Origin: Polyangiaceae bacterium
GTDB lineage: Bacteria; Myxococcota_A; Polyangia; Polyangiales; Polyangiaceae
Length of the DNA stretch: 64,000 nt
Direction: 5' to 3'
NCBI GenBank assembly: GCA_965222375.1
Contig: CBDCTZ010000013.1
Span: 224,001-288,000, forward strand
A program made the translations under genes and the position numbers. The notes below the pieces were generated by a model. That model was not told the origin of the DNA and did not search any database. It saw only the letters and a program-made list of their open reading frames with translations. Of the stretch, positions 42,787 to 52,405 are shown piece after piece; position 1 is the first letter of the stretch, and each line of letters opens with the position of its first letter.

Positions 42787-43196
42787 CGTCCCCACCTCTC
42801 CGTTCCTCCTTGTCCGCCAGGATGAAGCGTGCCCTGGACTACGCCCGGAGCAGTATGGTGGGCTCGGGGAACAAGCTGTGTGACGCCCTCGTCCGCTGCA
42901 TGATGCCACGTGACGTCCGGTGTTGGAGCGCGTCGGGAGAACGCCCCTCTGGCACCCGCAACCTCCGAGGCCGCACCCAGCTTCTTCGCGCGCTTCGGAA
43001 AGTTGAGTTCACGCGGGATCCGAAGGAACAAAACTAGCCGGTCGTGGGCCAGCGCAGCGCTCTGCTCCCTGAGCCAAGTCCCAGCGATGAAGGTTCGCCC
43101 GCCAAACTTGAATGTGGCCCGAAAGTTACCACTCCGGTAGCCGGAACGGACGGCTCGAACGCCGTTGTAGCGTGAGGTTCTTCGCCTAGCTGCCAC
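42783..43196 (-). CDS. Chimeric ORF: one AP2 domain fused to a WHH (HNH/EndoVII-type) nuclease C-terminus
   Basis: SRYNGV...AGTW...AALAHDR...LNFP, then TWHH.....TQLVP..HH......LHPGGQGG...WG. Confidence 0.6.
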   Translation of the reverse strand: MAARRRTSRYNGVRAVRSGYRSGNFRATFKFGGRTFIAGTWLREQSAALAHDRLVLFLRIPRELNFPKRAKKLGAASEVAGARGAFSRRAPTPDVTWHHAADEGVTQLVPRAHHTAPGVVQGTLHPGGQGGTERWGR

Positions 43197-43271
43197 GGGC
43201 GGCGACTCTAGCGTTCGCGGAGTGGCGGCGCCAAGGCGCCTCGGCGTCGACGGCACTCCTTGCCCGGTTGG

Positions 43272-44654
43272 TTACGCCTTGCGACCCCGCGCAATTCGTT
43301 GCCGCCGCGCTTTGCGCAGGCCCGCGCCCTGCTTCGAGCCGTGTGCGACCAGAGGGCCCCCCAAGCGCTTGCCACATAGCTCTTCACCCGTTGTCGGGTG
43401 AAAGTTGAGGCACGCGGAATCACCCAGATGCCGGATCGCGCGGGCATCGTACCAACGAGCAGCGGCCTCTTCGTCGCGATGGCGAGAGCGGAACACCTTG
43501 CCCTGGTACTTGAACATCGCAATCCACACGTTGTCGCGCCGAAACAAAGTGACACCGCGGAAGCGACTGGACGTCTGTGCCTTGAAGATCGCGCGCGCTT
43601 CGGCAACGAGGCTGGCCGCGTCTGTGGCTTCGAGTTCGCTGCGTTGTTCCGGAAAGTTCAAGCGCACGCGCTGCGGCGACTCCCCTAGATAGAACAACGC
43701 GGCTCGATCGTGCGCCCGAGCCGCCTCCGTCTCAGAATGCCATTTGCCTAGGAATATCGTGGTCCGACGACCGCGGACTCGCATGGTCAACGTGGCGGCC
43801 CATGGCAAAGCGCCGTCGGGAGCCATCAGGTACACGCCATCATGTCGGCTGCTGGTTCGTCCCTTGAACTCTTGCCGAGCCACGCGTCGCGCTTGCTCGA
43901 GGGAAAGCGGACCTCCCGCCTCTTTCGGGAAGTTCAAGCGAGCCTTCTTGCCACTGCGCCACTTCTCGACTCGGTCGCGAAGCAGAGCGGCTCGCTTCTC
44001 ATCGTGGAAATAGCCGATGTGTTTCAGCTTGTTGTCGACAAAGGTCTGGGCGACCCACGCCCGACGCTCGGTCTCCCACCGTACGCCCCAGTACAGACTG
44101 CTGCTCTCAGTCAACTCTTGGTGTCGAAGCCTCGCGAGGCGCCGCAGTTCCGCAACCGTCGCGCCGCCGAGCTTCTTCGCCTCGCGGGGAAAATGCAGCG
44201 GCACGTCGTGCACGCCGATCCCAAGCAGCGCTCGGTCCCGAGCAATCGCCGCCTCACGCTGGGTGGGCCAGGTCCCCACGGATGTGGTCTTTCCGTTGTG
44301 CGTCAACGTTGCCATGAACGCTCCCGCCCGGAAGCCAGTCAGCTTGTTGCTTACACCTTCCAACGGGCTTCTGCCCAGCGCACGCCGGTACTCCAACCGC
44401 GCGAGCCTCGCCAATTCGACGTCCGATGCCGGCCCCAGCTTTTTGGCGCGCTTCGGAAAGTTGAGGCGCCGCGATGCCTGAAGGAACAAGACTAACCGAT
44501 CGTGAGCCAGCGCGGCGCTTCGCTCTTCGAGCCAAGTCCCTGCGGTATGGTATCGCTCCCCGAGCTTGAACGTCGCCTTGAAGCTACCCTTCCGGCTTCC
44601 AGATCGGATCTGATAGACGCCACTGTACTTTGAGATCCTGCGCCCCATGGCCAC
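43272..44654 (-). CDS. Protein of five tandem AP2 DNA-binding domains
   Basis: Five repeats S.[YF].GV...[WF].A...G.[WF]...AA...D...L[NH]F. Confidence 0.85.
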   Translation of the reverse strand: MAMGRRISKYSGVYQIRSGSRKGSFKATFKLGERYHTAGTWLEERSAALAHDRLVLFLQASRRLNFPKRAKKLGPASDVELARLARLEYRRALGRSPLEGVSNKLTGFRAGAFMATLTHNGKTTSVGTWPTQREAAIARDRALLGIGVHDVPLHFPREAKKLGGATVAELRRLARLRHQELTESSSLYWGVRWETERRAWVAQTFVDNKLKHIGYFHDEKRAALLRDRVEKWRSGKKARLNFPKEAGGPLSLEQARRVARQEFKGRTSSRHDGVYLMAPDGALPWAATLTMRVRGRRTTIFLGKWHSETEAARAHDRAALFYLGESPQRVRLNFPEQRSELEATDAASLVAEARAIFKAQTSSRFRGVTLFRRDNVWIAMFKYQGKVFRSRHRDEEAAARWYDARAIRHLGDSACLNFHPTTGEELCGKRLGGPLVAHGSKQGAGLRKARRQRIARGRKA

Positions 44655-44750
44655 CCGCCATGACTCTAATGTTCACTCACTGACGCTGCCAAGAGGCCGC
44701 CACCCGGGGCTTTCGCCGCACACGGTGGCACTGGGTTGGGGATGGCCCGC

Positions 44751-45794
44751 TCAACGCCGAGGCGAAAGCCCGCGCGTACCGCGCGCGGCAGGGCTGAGGC
44801 CCCGGGAGCCCGGACCGGTCGAGGAAATCGGGTCGGCGTTGATGCGGGTGAGAGGACCGGTGATTCGCCAGGCGTAGAAGCCGTCCGGGCGTTTGGCTCG
44901 CTTGTTCTTCGGATCGAGGTCGAACAGGCCAGGCATCTTGGAATCCGGTGCGCCGAAGAGTCCTCGGGTGATGTCGTTCTTGGTCTTGTAAGTATCGGTG
45001 AAGGTGAAGCGCAGCGAGAGCTCAGCCAGACTCTGCTCGAAGGGATCTCGAAGTCGAATATTGCCGTCAGCGATCAGCTCCAGATCCCTGCCCTTGGTGT
45101 TCAGTTTTTCGACCTTGAGGCGCCCCTCTTTGGACTCGGCAACGAAAGCGAGATCGCCCGCCGCCAGCTTTGGCAGAGCAATGGTATTCCGGATCTTGGC
45201 TTTGCCATCGCCGACCGAAAGGCCGTTAATGGCCAAATCGATCTTGCCATCCGCCTTCGCCAGCTTGCTCTCGGGAAGCTGAAACTCGACCGTCCCACTG
45301 AGGGCTCCGGTCATGGGCAGGCCCACCGCCTGGGCCATCATCGGCAGAGCGCCAACGTCGACGCCATCGAGCTCCACTTCAAAACTACGGTCGCCGCCCG
45401 CGTCCGAGGTAAAGCCCGAAAGCTCGCCGCCAAAAGCGTCCGCGCCGAAGTTCACGTGGGTAGTACCAACCAATAGGCGAAGAATGGATACGCGAGCATG
45501 GACGTGCTCGATGGTCACGACCTTCGGGTCCACGGCTTTTCCGTCTGGGCCCGGCGGCTGAGGCGTGGTCAACGTTACGTTGTCGGCCTCGATTCCGCTG
45601 ATGAAGTAGCCGGACACGTCTTCGATCGCTAGGCGGGTGCCGCTGCCGGCGGGCTGGCGAGCGTTGAACTCGGCCTCGATGCGGTCCTTTAGGCGGCCGT
45701 AGGGAAAGGTCGCGACGCAAAATAGGATGAAGACCGTGAGGTAGAACAGCGGATAGGCCGCGCCGATCAGGACTTTCTTGACGCGCGCGTTCAT
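44751..45794 (-). CDS. gspN: T2SS protein N
   Basis: N-terminal TM followed by TFPY..LK..I, beta-rich body; last gene of the gsp operon. Confidence 0.75.
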   Translation of the reverse strand: MNARVKKVLIGAAYPLFYLTVFILFCVATFPYGRLKDRIEAEFNARQPAGSGTRLAIEDVSGYFISGIEADNVTLTTPQPPGPDGKAVDPKVVTIEHVHARVSILRLLVGTTHVNFGADAFGGELSGFTSDAGGDRSFEVELDGVDVGALPMMAQAVGLPMTGALSGTVEFQLPESKLAKADGKIDLAINGLSVGDGKAKIRNTIALPKLAAGDLAFVAESKEGRLKVEKLNTKGRDLELIADGNIRLRDPFEQSLAELSLRFTFTDTYKTKNDITRGLFGAPDSKMPGLFDLDPKNKRAKRPDGFYAWRITGPLTRINADPISSTGPGSRGLSPAARGTRGLSPRR

Positions 45795-46372
45795 TTCCCG
45801 GCGCCCTCGTCTGATTCGTCACTACCGGACTTCTTCTTGTCGGCTTTGCGATCGAACGCGCTAACCACCATCTCCACGTCGTAGCTATCTTGTTCCGTGC
45901 CTCGCTTGCGGATGTTCAGCTTGGAGATGCTGATGGGGTGCCCGCTCTGCTCCACGCTCTCCATGAACGTGACCAGGTTGAGCATGCCCACCTTGCGGAA
46001 CACGATCTTGGTCGACCGTTCTTCGTACTTCTTGCCATGAGGCACCATGGCGCGGTCTTGGCTCTCGGGGATTTCGAGCTTAGCCTGCTTGCCGTGCTTT
46101 TCCAGGAAGCCCGCAAGGTGGGGCGCCTTCCGGCGATAGCGCTCGAGCACGGCCTTCTTGGCCTCAGCACGCCGTTCGACCTGACCGCGCCCAGCTTGAA
46201 TGTCGTTGATGGCCACCTTCAGATCTTCGACGTCAGACCGCTGGCTGCTCAGGAAGGCCGTCACGCTCACGGGAATCAAAACCACGATGAGCACGGCCGC
46301 GACGACAGCGAATATCCCAAGCAGGCGCCGCTCGCGAGGTTCGAGGCGATCGATGCGTTCAGAGAGGCTCAT
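45791..46372 (-). CDS. gspM: T2SS protein M
   Basis: LEPRERRLL, TM, coiled coil; operon position. Confidence 0.75.
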   Translation of the reverse strand: MSLSERIDRLEPRERRLLGIFAVVAAVLIVVLIPVSVTAFLSSQRSDVEDLKVAINDIQAGRGQVERRAEAKKAVLERYRRKAPHLAGFLEKHGKQAKLEIPESQDRAMVPHGKKYEERSTKIVFRKVGMLNLVTFMESVEQSGHPISISKLNIRKRGTEQDSYDVEMVVSAFDRKADKKKSGSDESDEGAGK

Positions 46373-47850
46373 TTCGACTCCTCTTTCGGTGCATCGCCGC
46401 TGCCTTTCTTCTTCTTCGCGTCCTCAGGGCAGCGCACGTCGAGTTCCAAGACGTATTTTTGTCGGTCGCTGTTCACGACCTGGGTCACCTTCGCAATCTT
46501 GACGTCCTCGAAGCACTTGACTTCCTTCATCGCGGTAGCGATCTGCTGCGCGTCTTGCTTCGAACTCACGACACCTTTCACCATCAAGTGCCCGCGCTGC
46601 ATGTCGAATTCCTCGATGTCGTGCGTGATGCTCATGGGCACGGCCTTGGACAGCTCCACGATGGCGTCGTAGGCGTCCATGTGCGGCATCGGGTCCTTCT
46701 CCGCCAACCCCTTGGCGCGGTTGAGGGCATCCTGGGCCTCTTCCGCAGTTTCCGCTGGTTGGCCGAGCACTTCCTTGGACAAGGCACTCAAGGCTTTGGT
46801 CAAGGTCTCTTCGTCCCGAGATAGCGCACGCATCTCTGCCCAGGTCGCAAACATGAAGCTGATCAGCACCGCTGCGGCCAAACCCGTCAGGAGCGGGATT
46901 TTCTCTTTCAAGAACCCAAAGCCGCGCTGGAACGACAGCGCCCCCTTGCGCATGTCCAGATCGTGGCCGCGACCCGCCACGCCAAGTGCCAGCGCGATGG
47001 CCTTGGCAAAGCGGGGGACGTTTGCCGCCTGATCTGGCGTCACGCCGTCCAGATTCAAGGCCGGCAACTGCCGGACGACGATGCCGAGTTCGTGGGCCAG
47101 GTAGTTCTCCGCGCCAGGCGCGTGGGCTCCGGCGCCGACCAGAAATACGGCTTCCACCGGATCGCCGCCATGCGCTAGCCAGGCCACGAATGTCTGCCGC
47201 AGCTCGGCCGCCAGAGCCGAAGCGCTTTCGGGCAAGCCAGCCACGCCGCGGCTCAGCGTTCGGGCGAACACCGGCTCGCCGTGACTAAGCAGGACCACCT
47301 CGGTGCGATTGCCTCCTAGATCGAGTACGCCGACGGGACCCGGGACGGCCAACTCCGGACATAGCGACGCCAGGTTCGACAGCGGCAGGGTGCCAACCCC
47401 GACGCGTTCGGGCTCCTGACCCAGGGTGGTTTTGATCTGCTCGACACGTGCGCGGACGTGCTCGGTCCGCGCGGCCGCCGCCATGACCACGACTTGCTCA
47501 GCTTTCGGGTTGCGGCGGCGCAGCAATCGGTGATCGTATACGAGATCATCCAATGAGACCGGCACGTTGGCTTCGATCTCGAAGGGCAGCACCTCCTCGA
47601 GCTGCTTGAGGGCGGTCGCCGGCAGGGTCAGGCGATGAACGAAGGCCTGTTCACCTTCCACAGCGATGGAGATCGGCTCGCCTTGTTGTGTCAGGGGCAA
47701 CGCCACGGCCCGCAATGCGGCGTCGAGGTTCTCCACCTCGGCCAGGCTCACTTCGAGCATCTGCTCGATGGCGACCTTGCGGTAGCTCGTTCGGAGCAAT
47801 ACCGCGCGCACATGCGATGCTCGAATGTCTATGCCGACCCAACGTGCCAT
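46369..47850 (-). CDS. gspL: T2SS protein L (PilM-like plus PilN-like)
   Basis: VGIDI, LPFEIE and VLDLG actin-like motifs, TM, periplasmic domain. Confidence 0.8.
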   Translation of the reverse strand: MARWVGIDIRASHVRAVLLRTSYRKVAIEQMLEVSLAEVENLDAALRAVALPLTQQGEPISIAVEGEQAFVHRLTLPATALKQLEEVLPFEIEANVPVSLDDLVYDHRLLRRRNPKAEQVVVMAAAARTEHVRARVEQIKTTLGQEPERVGVGTLPLSNLASLCPELAVPGPVGVLDLGGNRTEVVLLSHGEPVFARTLSRGVAGLPESASALAAELRQTFVAWLAHGGDPVEAVFLVGAGAHAPGAENYLAHELGIVVRQLPALNLDGVTPDQAANVPRFAKAIALALGVAGRGHDLDMRKGALSFQRGFGFLKEKIPLLTGLAAAVLISFMFATWAEMRALSRDEETLTKALSALSKEVLGQPAETAEEAQDALNRAKGLAEKDPMPHMDAYDAIVELSKAVPMSITHDIEEFDMQRGHLMVKGVVSSKQDAQQIATAMKEVKCFEDVKIAKVTQVVNSDRQKYVLELDVRCPEDAKKKKGSGDAPKEESK

Positions 47851-47871
47851 GCTCGAACCTTATCCGTCCCT

Positions 47872-49347
47872 TCAGTCGATGCGAAAATAGATGACCGTGC
47901 CACCAGGCCCGGGTTGAAATGCCGAAGCTATGGCAGACTCCGTCGCGCCCTCGGGCAAGTTGCTCTTGTCGTCCGTTTCCGGAGTGGGCTGGGGCTGCTT
48001 GTTGGGATTCAAAGCCGCGAACAAGCCGGCTGCTCCCGCATTCTGATTGACCGCGGGCGCTCCCCGGAAGTCCACCACGCTGTGCACTCGAACCCGAGTC
48101 TCTCGCTTCCCCACCTTGACCACGCCGGTGGCGTAGATGCTGAACACCTTGCTTTCGGTGGTAATCGCCTTGGCCAGCTCTGACTCACTTTTGACAACGA
48201 CTGGCTTCAATCCCACTGTCTCGAGCATCTTTCCGACCATACCCCGGCCCTTGAGGGCATTGAGAAAAGCCTTGGTCGAGCCGAATAGGGGTGCACCGGC
48301 CGTGAAGCCCTTGACCATGGTCATTGCGGTCAAGAACGTGGCGGCCTGCGTGGGGTCTGTGCACAACGGCGATTTAGGTAGATCTGCAGCTCCACACACT
48401 ACCGAATAGATGGCCTGACCGTTCGCGGTGTTGACGTTGATCTTGCCCTGCCCCCAAACCGTGACAACGCGCTTCTCAGGCTTGTCGGGCTCTGGATCGA
48501 TGAACGTGGCCCAAAAGTCGTCTCCGACGCCGCGAATCATGTGTAGCTCTTCCAAGCTGTCGAAGGCAGCGTTCTTGCGTTTGTAGGGCTTTTTCAGCAG
48601 CTGGTAGAAGGAATCCTCGGCACCGGCCTGCTGGGCGGTGCCCGAGTGGGGGTCGCAGACGTAGGCGTCTTGGTCCGAATCGACCCAATCCACGATCGCG
48701 CCGCAGATGGTTTGGCGATCCGAGAATTGACCGTCGCTGTCACGGTTTTCGAACAGCGGATCGTTTTGAGGCCCTGCCAAGAGCCCGATCAGCTGCTGCG
48801 CCAATCGCGCCTGGCTAAAGGCATCGCCTCGAGCCGCCACGTTCAGATTGATCTTGGAGTCCTCGTCGACGACGCGCACCTCGAAGCCGGCGCCATCGAA
48901 ACCGAGGTGCTCCCCCTCTTCGATATCCACGCCCGCCAGTGCCTTGAACGCTTCCGTGCCCTTCTCGTCGTTGAAAGCGCCGAGTACACGGTCCGAGAAC
49001 TCCCATACCGGGATCTGCGGCGGCCCTCGCCTCATGAGCAGGAAGAGGGGCGCCATGGCTTTGCGAATCGTCGGCTCGCTGGCAATCAGCAAGCGCGAAA
49101 GGTTGACCGCACTTCGTGCGGCGTATTCTGCCTTCACCGCATCGCGGTGGGACAGCGCGCTGCCCAGCTCTGCGCTGGTTTCGTCCTGAAACTCAGCCAG
49201 CATCACGGCCAGAATCGTGAGTGCCCCCAACACCATGATCAGCGCAACGCCGCGCTGGCGGCTGCGCCGCCTGCGCCGTCGCTGACGCAGCGCCGCCGAG
49301 GTTTGTCGGGCGCGCGCGCGGATCAGGATTTGGGCCAGGTTTTTCAT
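47872..49347 (-). CDS. gspK: T2SS minor pseudopilin K
   Basis: RGVALIMVL, DEDSKINLN, IVDWVDSD, FDSLEEL and KINVNTA. Confidence 0.9.
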   Translation of the reverse strand: MKNLAQILIRARARQTSAALRQRRRRRRSRQRGVALIMVLGALTILAVMLAEFQDETSAELGSALSHRDAVKAEYAARSAVNLSRLLIASEPTIRKAMAPLFLLMRRGPPQIPVWEFSDRVLGAFNDEKGTEAFKALAGVDIEEGEHLGFDGAGFEVRVVDEDSKINLNVAARGDAFSQARLAQQLIGLLAGPQNDPLFENRDSDGQFSDRQTICGAIVDWVDSDQDAYVCDPHSGTAQQAGAEDSFYQLLKKPYKRKNAAFDSLEELHMIRGVGDDFWATFIDPEPDKPEKRVVTVWGQGKINVNTANGQAIYSVVCGAADLPKSPLCTDPTQAATFLTAMTMVKGFTAGAPLFGSTKAFLNALKGRGMVGKMLETVGLKPVVVKSESELAKAITTESKVFSIYATGVVKVGKRETRVRVHSVVDFRGAPAVNQNAGAAGLFAALNPNKQPQPTPETDDKSNLPEGATESAIASAFQPGPGGTVIYFRID

Positions 49348-50129
49348 TATTGAGTCGCGAAGGTCAGAGCCCGCTGCATGGGCATCACGACCTTGGTCGT
49401 GAAGCGCAATGGTTGCTTGCCGCGACCCGCAGACTTGCGAGCGCCACCGTTGAGCACGAGAATGACCCGCACCTGCAAGGGTAGGCGGTCTTTCTGGCCA
49501 ATCGCTTGACTGGTGTCCCAGGTCTCGGTCCATTGCCCGGTCAACGGGTCCAAGTACTCCAAGTCGAAGAGATCAATGTCCGTGGCAAGGACATCGATAC
49601 GCCCCCCGCGCCCGGGGTCGCCATCAATGCTGGTCGATAGGCGACGCACCAGATCCGTCACACCGTCTTTCTTCGGGTCCGGGGACCCGAAGAAACCTAT
49701 CTCCGCTTGGTCCGATTCGTGAGCGTTGCGATCGATGCGCAAGTGCGCGAATGACGTGAAGTCGACTCGGTCCGCGGGGCTGCCGGTCTTGCCAATGAAC
49801 GCCGTGCGGTTGGGCGCCAGAGCCTGGTCGATGGGCAAATGCATCGACACGAAGGCGCTCGAGAGTTCGCGGGAGATGCGTGACATGGCCAGGCGCCCCT
49901 CCCGATAGCGATCGTTCACTCGCTGCAGGCCCTCCTTGCTGCGCTTCATGCCGGCGAAGGTCGAGTAGATCAGGACGGAGATCATCGCCAAGACCGCAAT
50001 GGCGACGAGTAGCTCCACTAGGGTGAAGCCTCGCAGGCTTACACGCGACTGACGGAGACATACGGCCGCCAGTCCTTGCTCGAGGCGGGACCGTTCGCCG
50101 CACGACTTCAGGCGCGCCGGGGTACTCAT
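49347..50129 (-). CDS. gspJ: T2SS minor pseudopilin J
   Basis: RGFTLVELLVA, W...WD and LPLQVRV. Confidence 0.85.
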   Translation of the reverse strand: MSTPARLKSCGERSRLEQGLAAVCLRQSRVSLRGFTLVELLVAIAVLAMISVLIYSTFAGMKRSKEGLQRVNDRYREGRLAMSRISRELSSAFVSMHLPIDQALAPNRTAFIGKTGSPADRVDFTSFAHLRIDRNAHESDQAEIGFFGSPDPKKDGVTDLVRRLSTSIDGDPGRGGRIDVLATDIDLFDLEYLDPLTGQWTETWDTSQAIGQKDRLPLQVRVILVLNGGARKSAGRGKQPLRFTTKVVMPMQRALTFATQ

Positions 50130-50827
50130 GGCTGAAGCGCATCTCCCATCTCTTCGAGGCCTTGAGCTGCGTTGGGATCCAGGCCGCCCTGTTGCGGGTT
50201 CGTGATGTACTGAGTGATGGAAAAATCTCGCTCCTTGGAGCCCTCTTTCCACACGACGCTCACACTGACTTTGCGGATGCTCGCCTCCAGCATGGGTTTG
50301 AGAGATGGATAAACTAGTCCCATCACCAAGGGCGCCATGCCCTGCACGCCACCGCCGGCAGCCGCGCCTTCCAGCAATCCCGAAAGTCCAGCGATGCCAC
50401 CATCACCTTTGAGTGCGGATGCGCCCCCAGCTTGGATGCTCTGCAGCGCGCCCAGGGTGCCAAGGCCGCTCTGATCATCCAGGTCCCCATCCCCGGTTGG
50501 GTCTGAAAGCCCCTTCGGCTCCGGCAGTTTGATGGTTTCGATCTTCCAGCGACAGCTGAAGCCCTCCGTATCCTCGTCCTCACAGCAGCGGCCTTCGTCA
50601 TTCTGATCGATGAGCGGGTAGCCTTCCTGGGTCAGCTTCAACTCTGCCTCGGCCATCTTGCAGCGGGCGAGCCCCGTGGCGACGCTCAGGTTCTGTGCGC
50701 GCTTGGCGCTGGAGAAAAGACCAACCTGGGACGACAACAGGACCGTCAAGCCCATGCCCAAGATGGAAATCGCCACCAAGACCTCCAACAAAGTGAAGCC
50801 TCGACGTCGGTTGGCCAGGCGGCTCAC
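50126..50827 (-). CDS. gspI: T2SS minor pseudopilin I
   Basis: RGFTLLEVLVA, LAR.KM.E and IRKVSVSVVW. Confidence 0.8.
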   Translation of the reverse strand: MSRLANRRRGFTLLEVLVAISILGMGLTVLLSSQVGLFSSAKRAQNLSVATGLARCKMAEAELKLTQEGYPLIDQNDEGRCCEDEDTEGFSCRWKIETIKLPEPKGLSDPTGDGDLDDQSGLGTLGALQSIQAGGASALKGDGGIAGLSGLLEGAAAGGGVQGMAPLVMGLVYPSLKPMLEASIRKVSVSVVWKEGSKERDFSITQYITNPQQGGLDPNAAQGLEEMGDALQP

Positions 50828-51543
50828 TCTTCACCTCGCTCGCCGAAGGCTTCGTCCATTCTCGGCTCCTCCAAAGCGACCGCACCGCGGACGATCTTGG
50901 CGCGCCCCGTGAGCGGACTCACCAAGATGGTGATACCTTCTCGCTCGCCCTTTTGCCGCACATGAATCGCGGCGCGCTCGGTACCGCCTCCGGGAAAGAA
51001 GAAAAGGTAGGCGCGCCCTTCCTTGCGGGGCACTTCGTCGTGCTCAGTCTGCACTTCCGCAAACTCGATACCAGAGCCGAGCTCGCGCCCTTGGCCTTCG
51101 TCACCGTCAAAACCGAACTGCTTGACGGGAGAAAACTTGGCGCGGGGCGCCCGGGGCCCTTTGAGGATCCGATCCGCCTCGGCGCGACTGGCCTTCTCCG
51201 CCTCGGTGGTGGCCTCGGCGCCGCCGCCGGTGTTGTCCTCTTCCTTCTCCCTGAGCATGACCCGGCTCGCGCTCTCCTCCAGATGCACACGGTCGTCCTT
51301 GAGATCGAAGACCATGCGCACGGGGCGACCCGTCGTGTTGGCTCGAGTGATGCCCAAGCGAACACCGGCCACGATGAGCGTCGCTGCTGCACGCTGCCTG
51401 CTGCCCCCCAGCGACCCAGAGCCGATCACGACGGCGCCAGAAAGCACCGCGATCAGGGCCACCACGACCAGCACTTCGACGAGGGTGAGCCCGCGCGCAC
51501 TCCGGCGCGGCAAGGCTGCAGTCATCGAAGGCAGGCGCGGCAT
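50824..51543 (-). CDS. gspH: T2SS minor pseudopilin H
   Basis: RGLTLVEVLVV, FFPGG and VSPLTGR. Confidence 0.8.
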   Translation of the reverse strand: MPRLPSMTAALPRRSARGLTLVEVLVVVALIAVLSGAVVIGSGSLGGSRQRAAATLIVAGVRLGITRANTTGRPVRMVFDLKDDRVHLEESASRVMLREKEEDNTGGGAEATTEAEKASRAEADRILKGPRAPRAKFSPVKQFGFDGDEGQGRELGSGIEFAEVQTEHDEVPRKEGRAYLFFFPGGGTERAAIHVRQKGEREGITILVSPLTGRAKIVRGAVALEEPRMDEAFGERGEE

Positions 51544-51545
51544 GC

Positions 51546-51971
51546 CTACTCCTCGGAAGACTCCGAAGTTGCCTTGGGCACGCGAATGTCGTCCTTGGTG
51601 CCCTTCTTCTTGTCTGGGCCCGACGAAATGACGGCAACATCGTCTTCGGTGCAGGTCAGGCTGTAGGACTCACCCCAGGGGTCCTTGGTGTTGGCACCGG
51701 GATCCAACTGCTTTTCCTGCACCAGCTGACTCATCGTGGGGCAGCTGATTTCGTTGTTGGTCGCCTGCCAACCCTGCACAGCCTGGCGAATGACTCGAGC
51801 GCCGGTCTCCGCGGTGGTCTTCTGAGCTTCGCGGTATTTCGGCAACGCAAACACAGTCACACCACCAGCGATCATCGCGATGATGGCCACAACGATGAGT
51901 ACCTCGACCAGCGTAACGCCGCGCGCGAGTCGACGCATTCGGCGGATCTGAAGTTTCGTGTATGGTTTCAT
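51546..51971 (-). CDS. gspG: T2SS major pseudopilin G
   Basis: RGVTLVEVLIV, KDPWGESY and SSGPDKKKGTKDDI; RBS GAGGAG. Confidence 0.85.
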   Translation of the reverse strand: MKPYTKLQIRRMRRLARGVTLVEVLIVVAIIAMIAGGVTVFALPKYREAQKTTAETGARVIRQAVQGWQATNNEISCPTMSQLVQEKQLDPGANTKDPWGESYSLTCTEDDVAVISSGPDKKKGTKDDIRVPKATSESSEE

Positions 51972-51982
51972 TGTCTCCTCGT

Positions 51983-52405
51983 TCAGCGAATGCGATCCAA
52001 CCCGCCGGGCTTGCCGTCGGGACCATCGCTAAGTAACTCATAGGGCTCGCCCTCTCGGCGGCCAGGACAGGTGAGGCGCAAACGTCGGCCCCAAGCATCT
52101 CGTGCACTGCCTTGGTAGGCAGCAACCTCCAACGCGCGCTCCAAGGTCGGAGGGCAGCCTCCGTCCGAAGACGCCATGTAGGCATCCACGGCACCCCGCA
52201 CATCCAATAAGGTCGCGCGAGTTTGGCGCACACCGGCACGATGGCGCTCACGCACACCCACCACGATTACGAAACCAGCCAGCGCAGCCACGAGCAAGAA
52301 GGGACGAAGGCGACCCATACGCACGGCGCGGCTCAGCCCTCCCCGACCTTCCCAAGGGAAGAAGATGCGCTTTTCGCCACCTCGCCTGCGTCGCATGATC
52401 ATCAC
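51983..52405 (-). CDS. GspG-like protein without prepilin cleavage motif
   Basis: RDAWGR and LLSDGPDG..GG.D.I match the GspG C-terminus; TM lacks G-x-T-L-x-E. Confidence 0.7.
   Translation of the reverse strand: MMIMRRRRGGEKRIFFPWEGRGGLSRAVRMGRLRPFLLVAALAGFVIVVGVRERHRAGVRQTRATLLDVRGAVDAYMASSDGGCPPTLERALEVAAYQGSARDAWGRRLRLTCPGRREGEPYELLSDGPDGKPGGLDRIR

Noticed and set aside
41236..42825. Long ORFs 41236-42441 (-) and 42016-42825 (+)
   Set aside because: They are Arg/Pro-rich, run across repeats and are antisense to better-supported ORFs.
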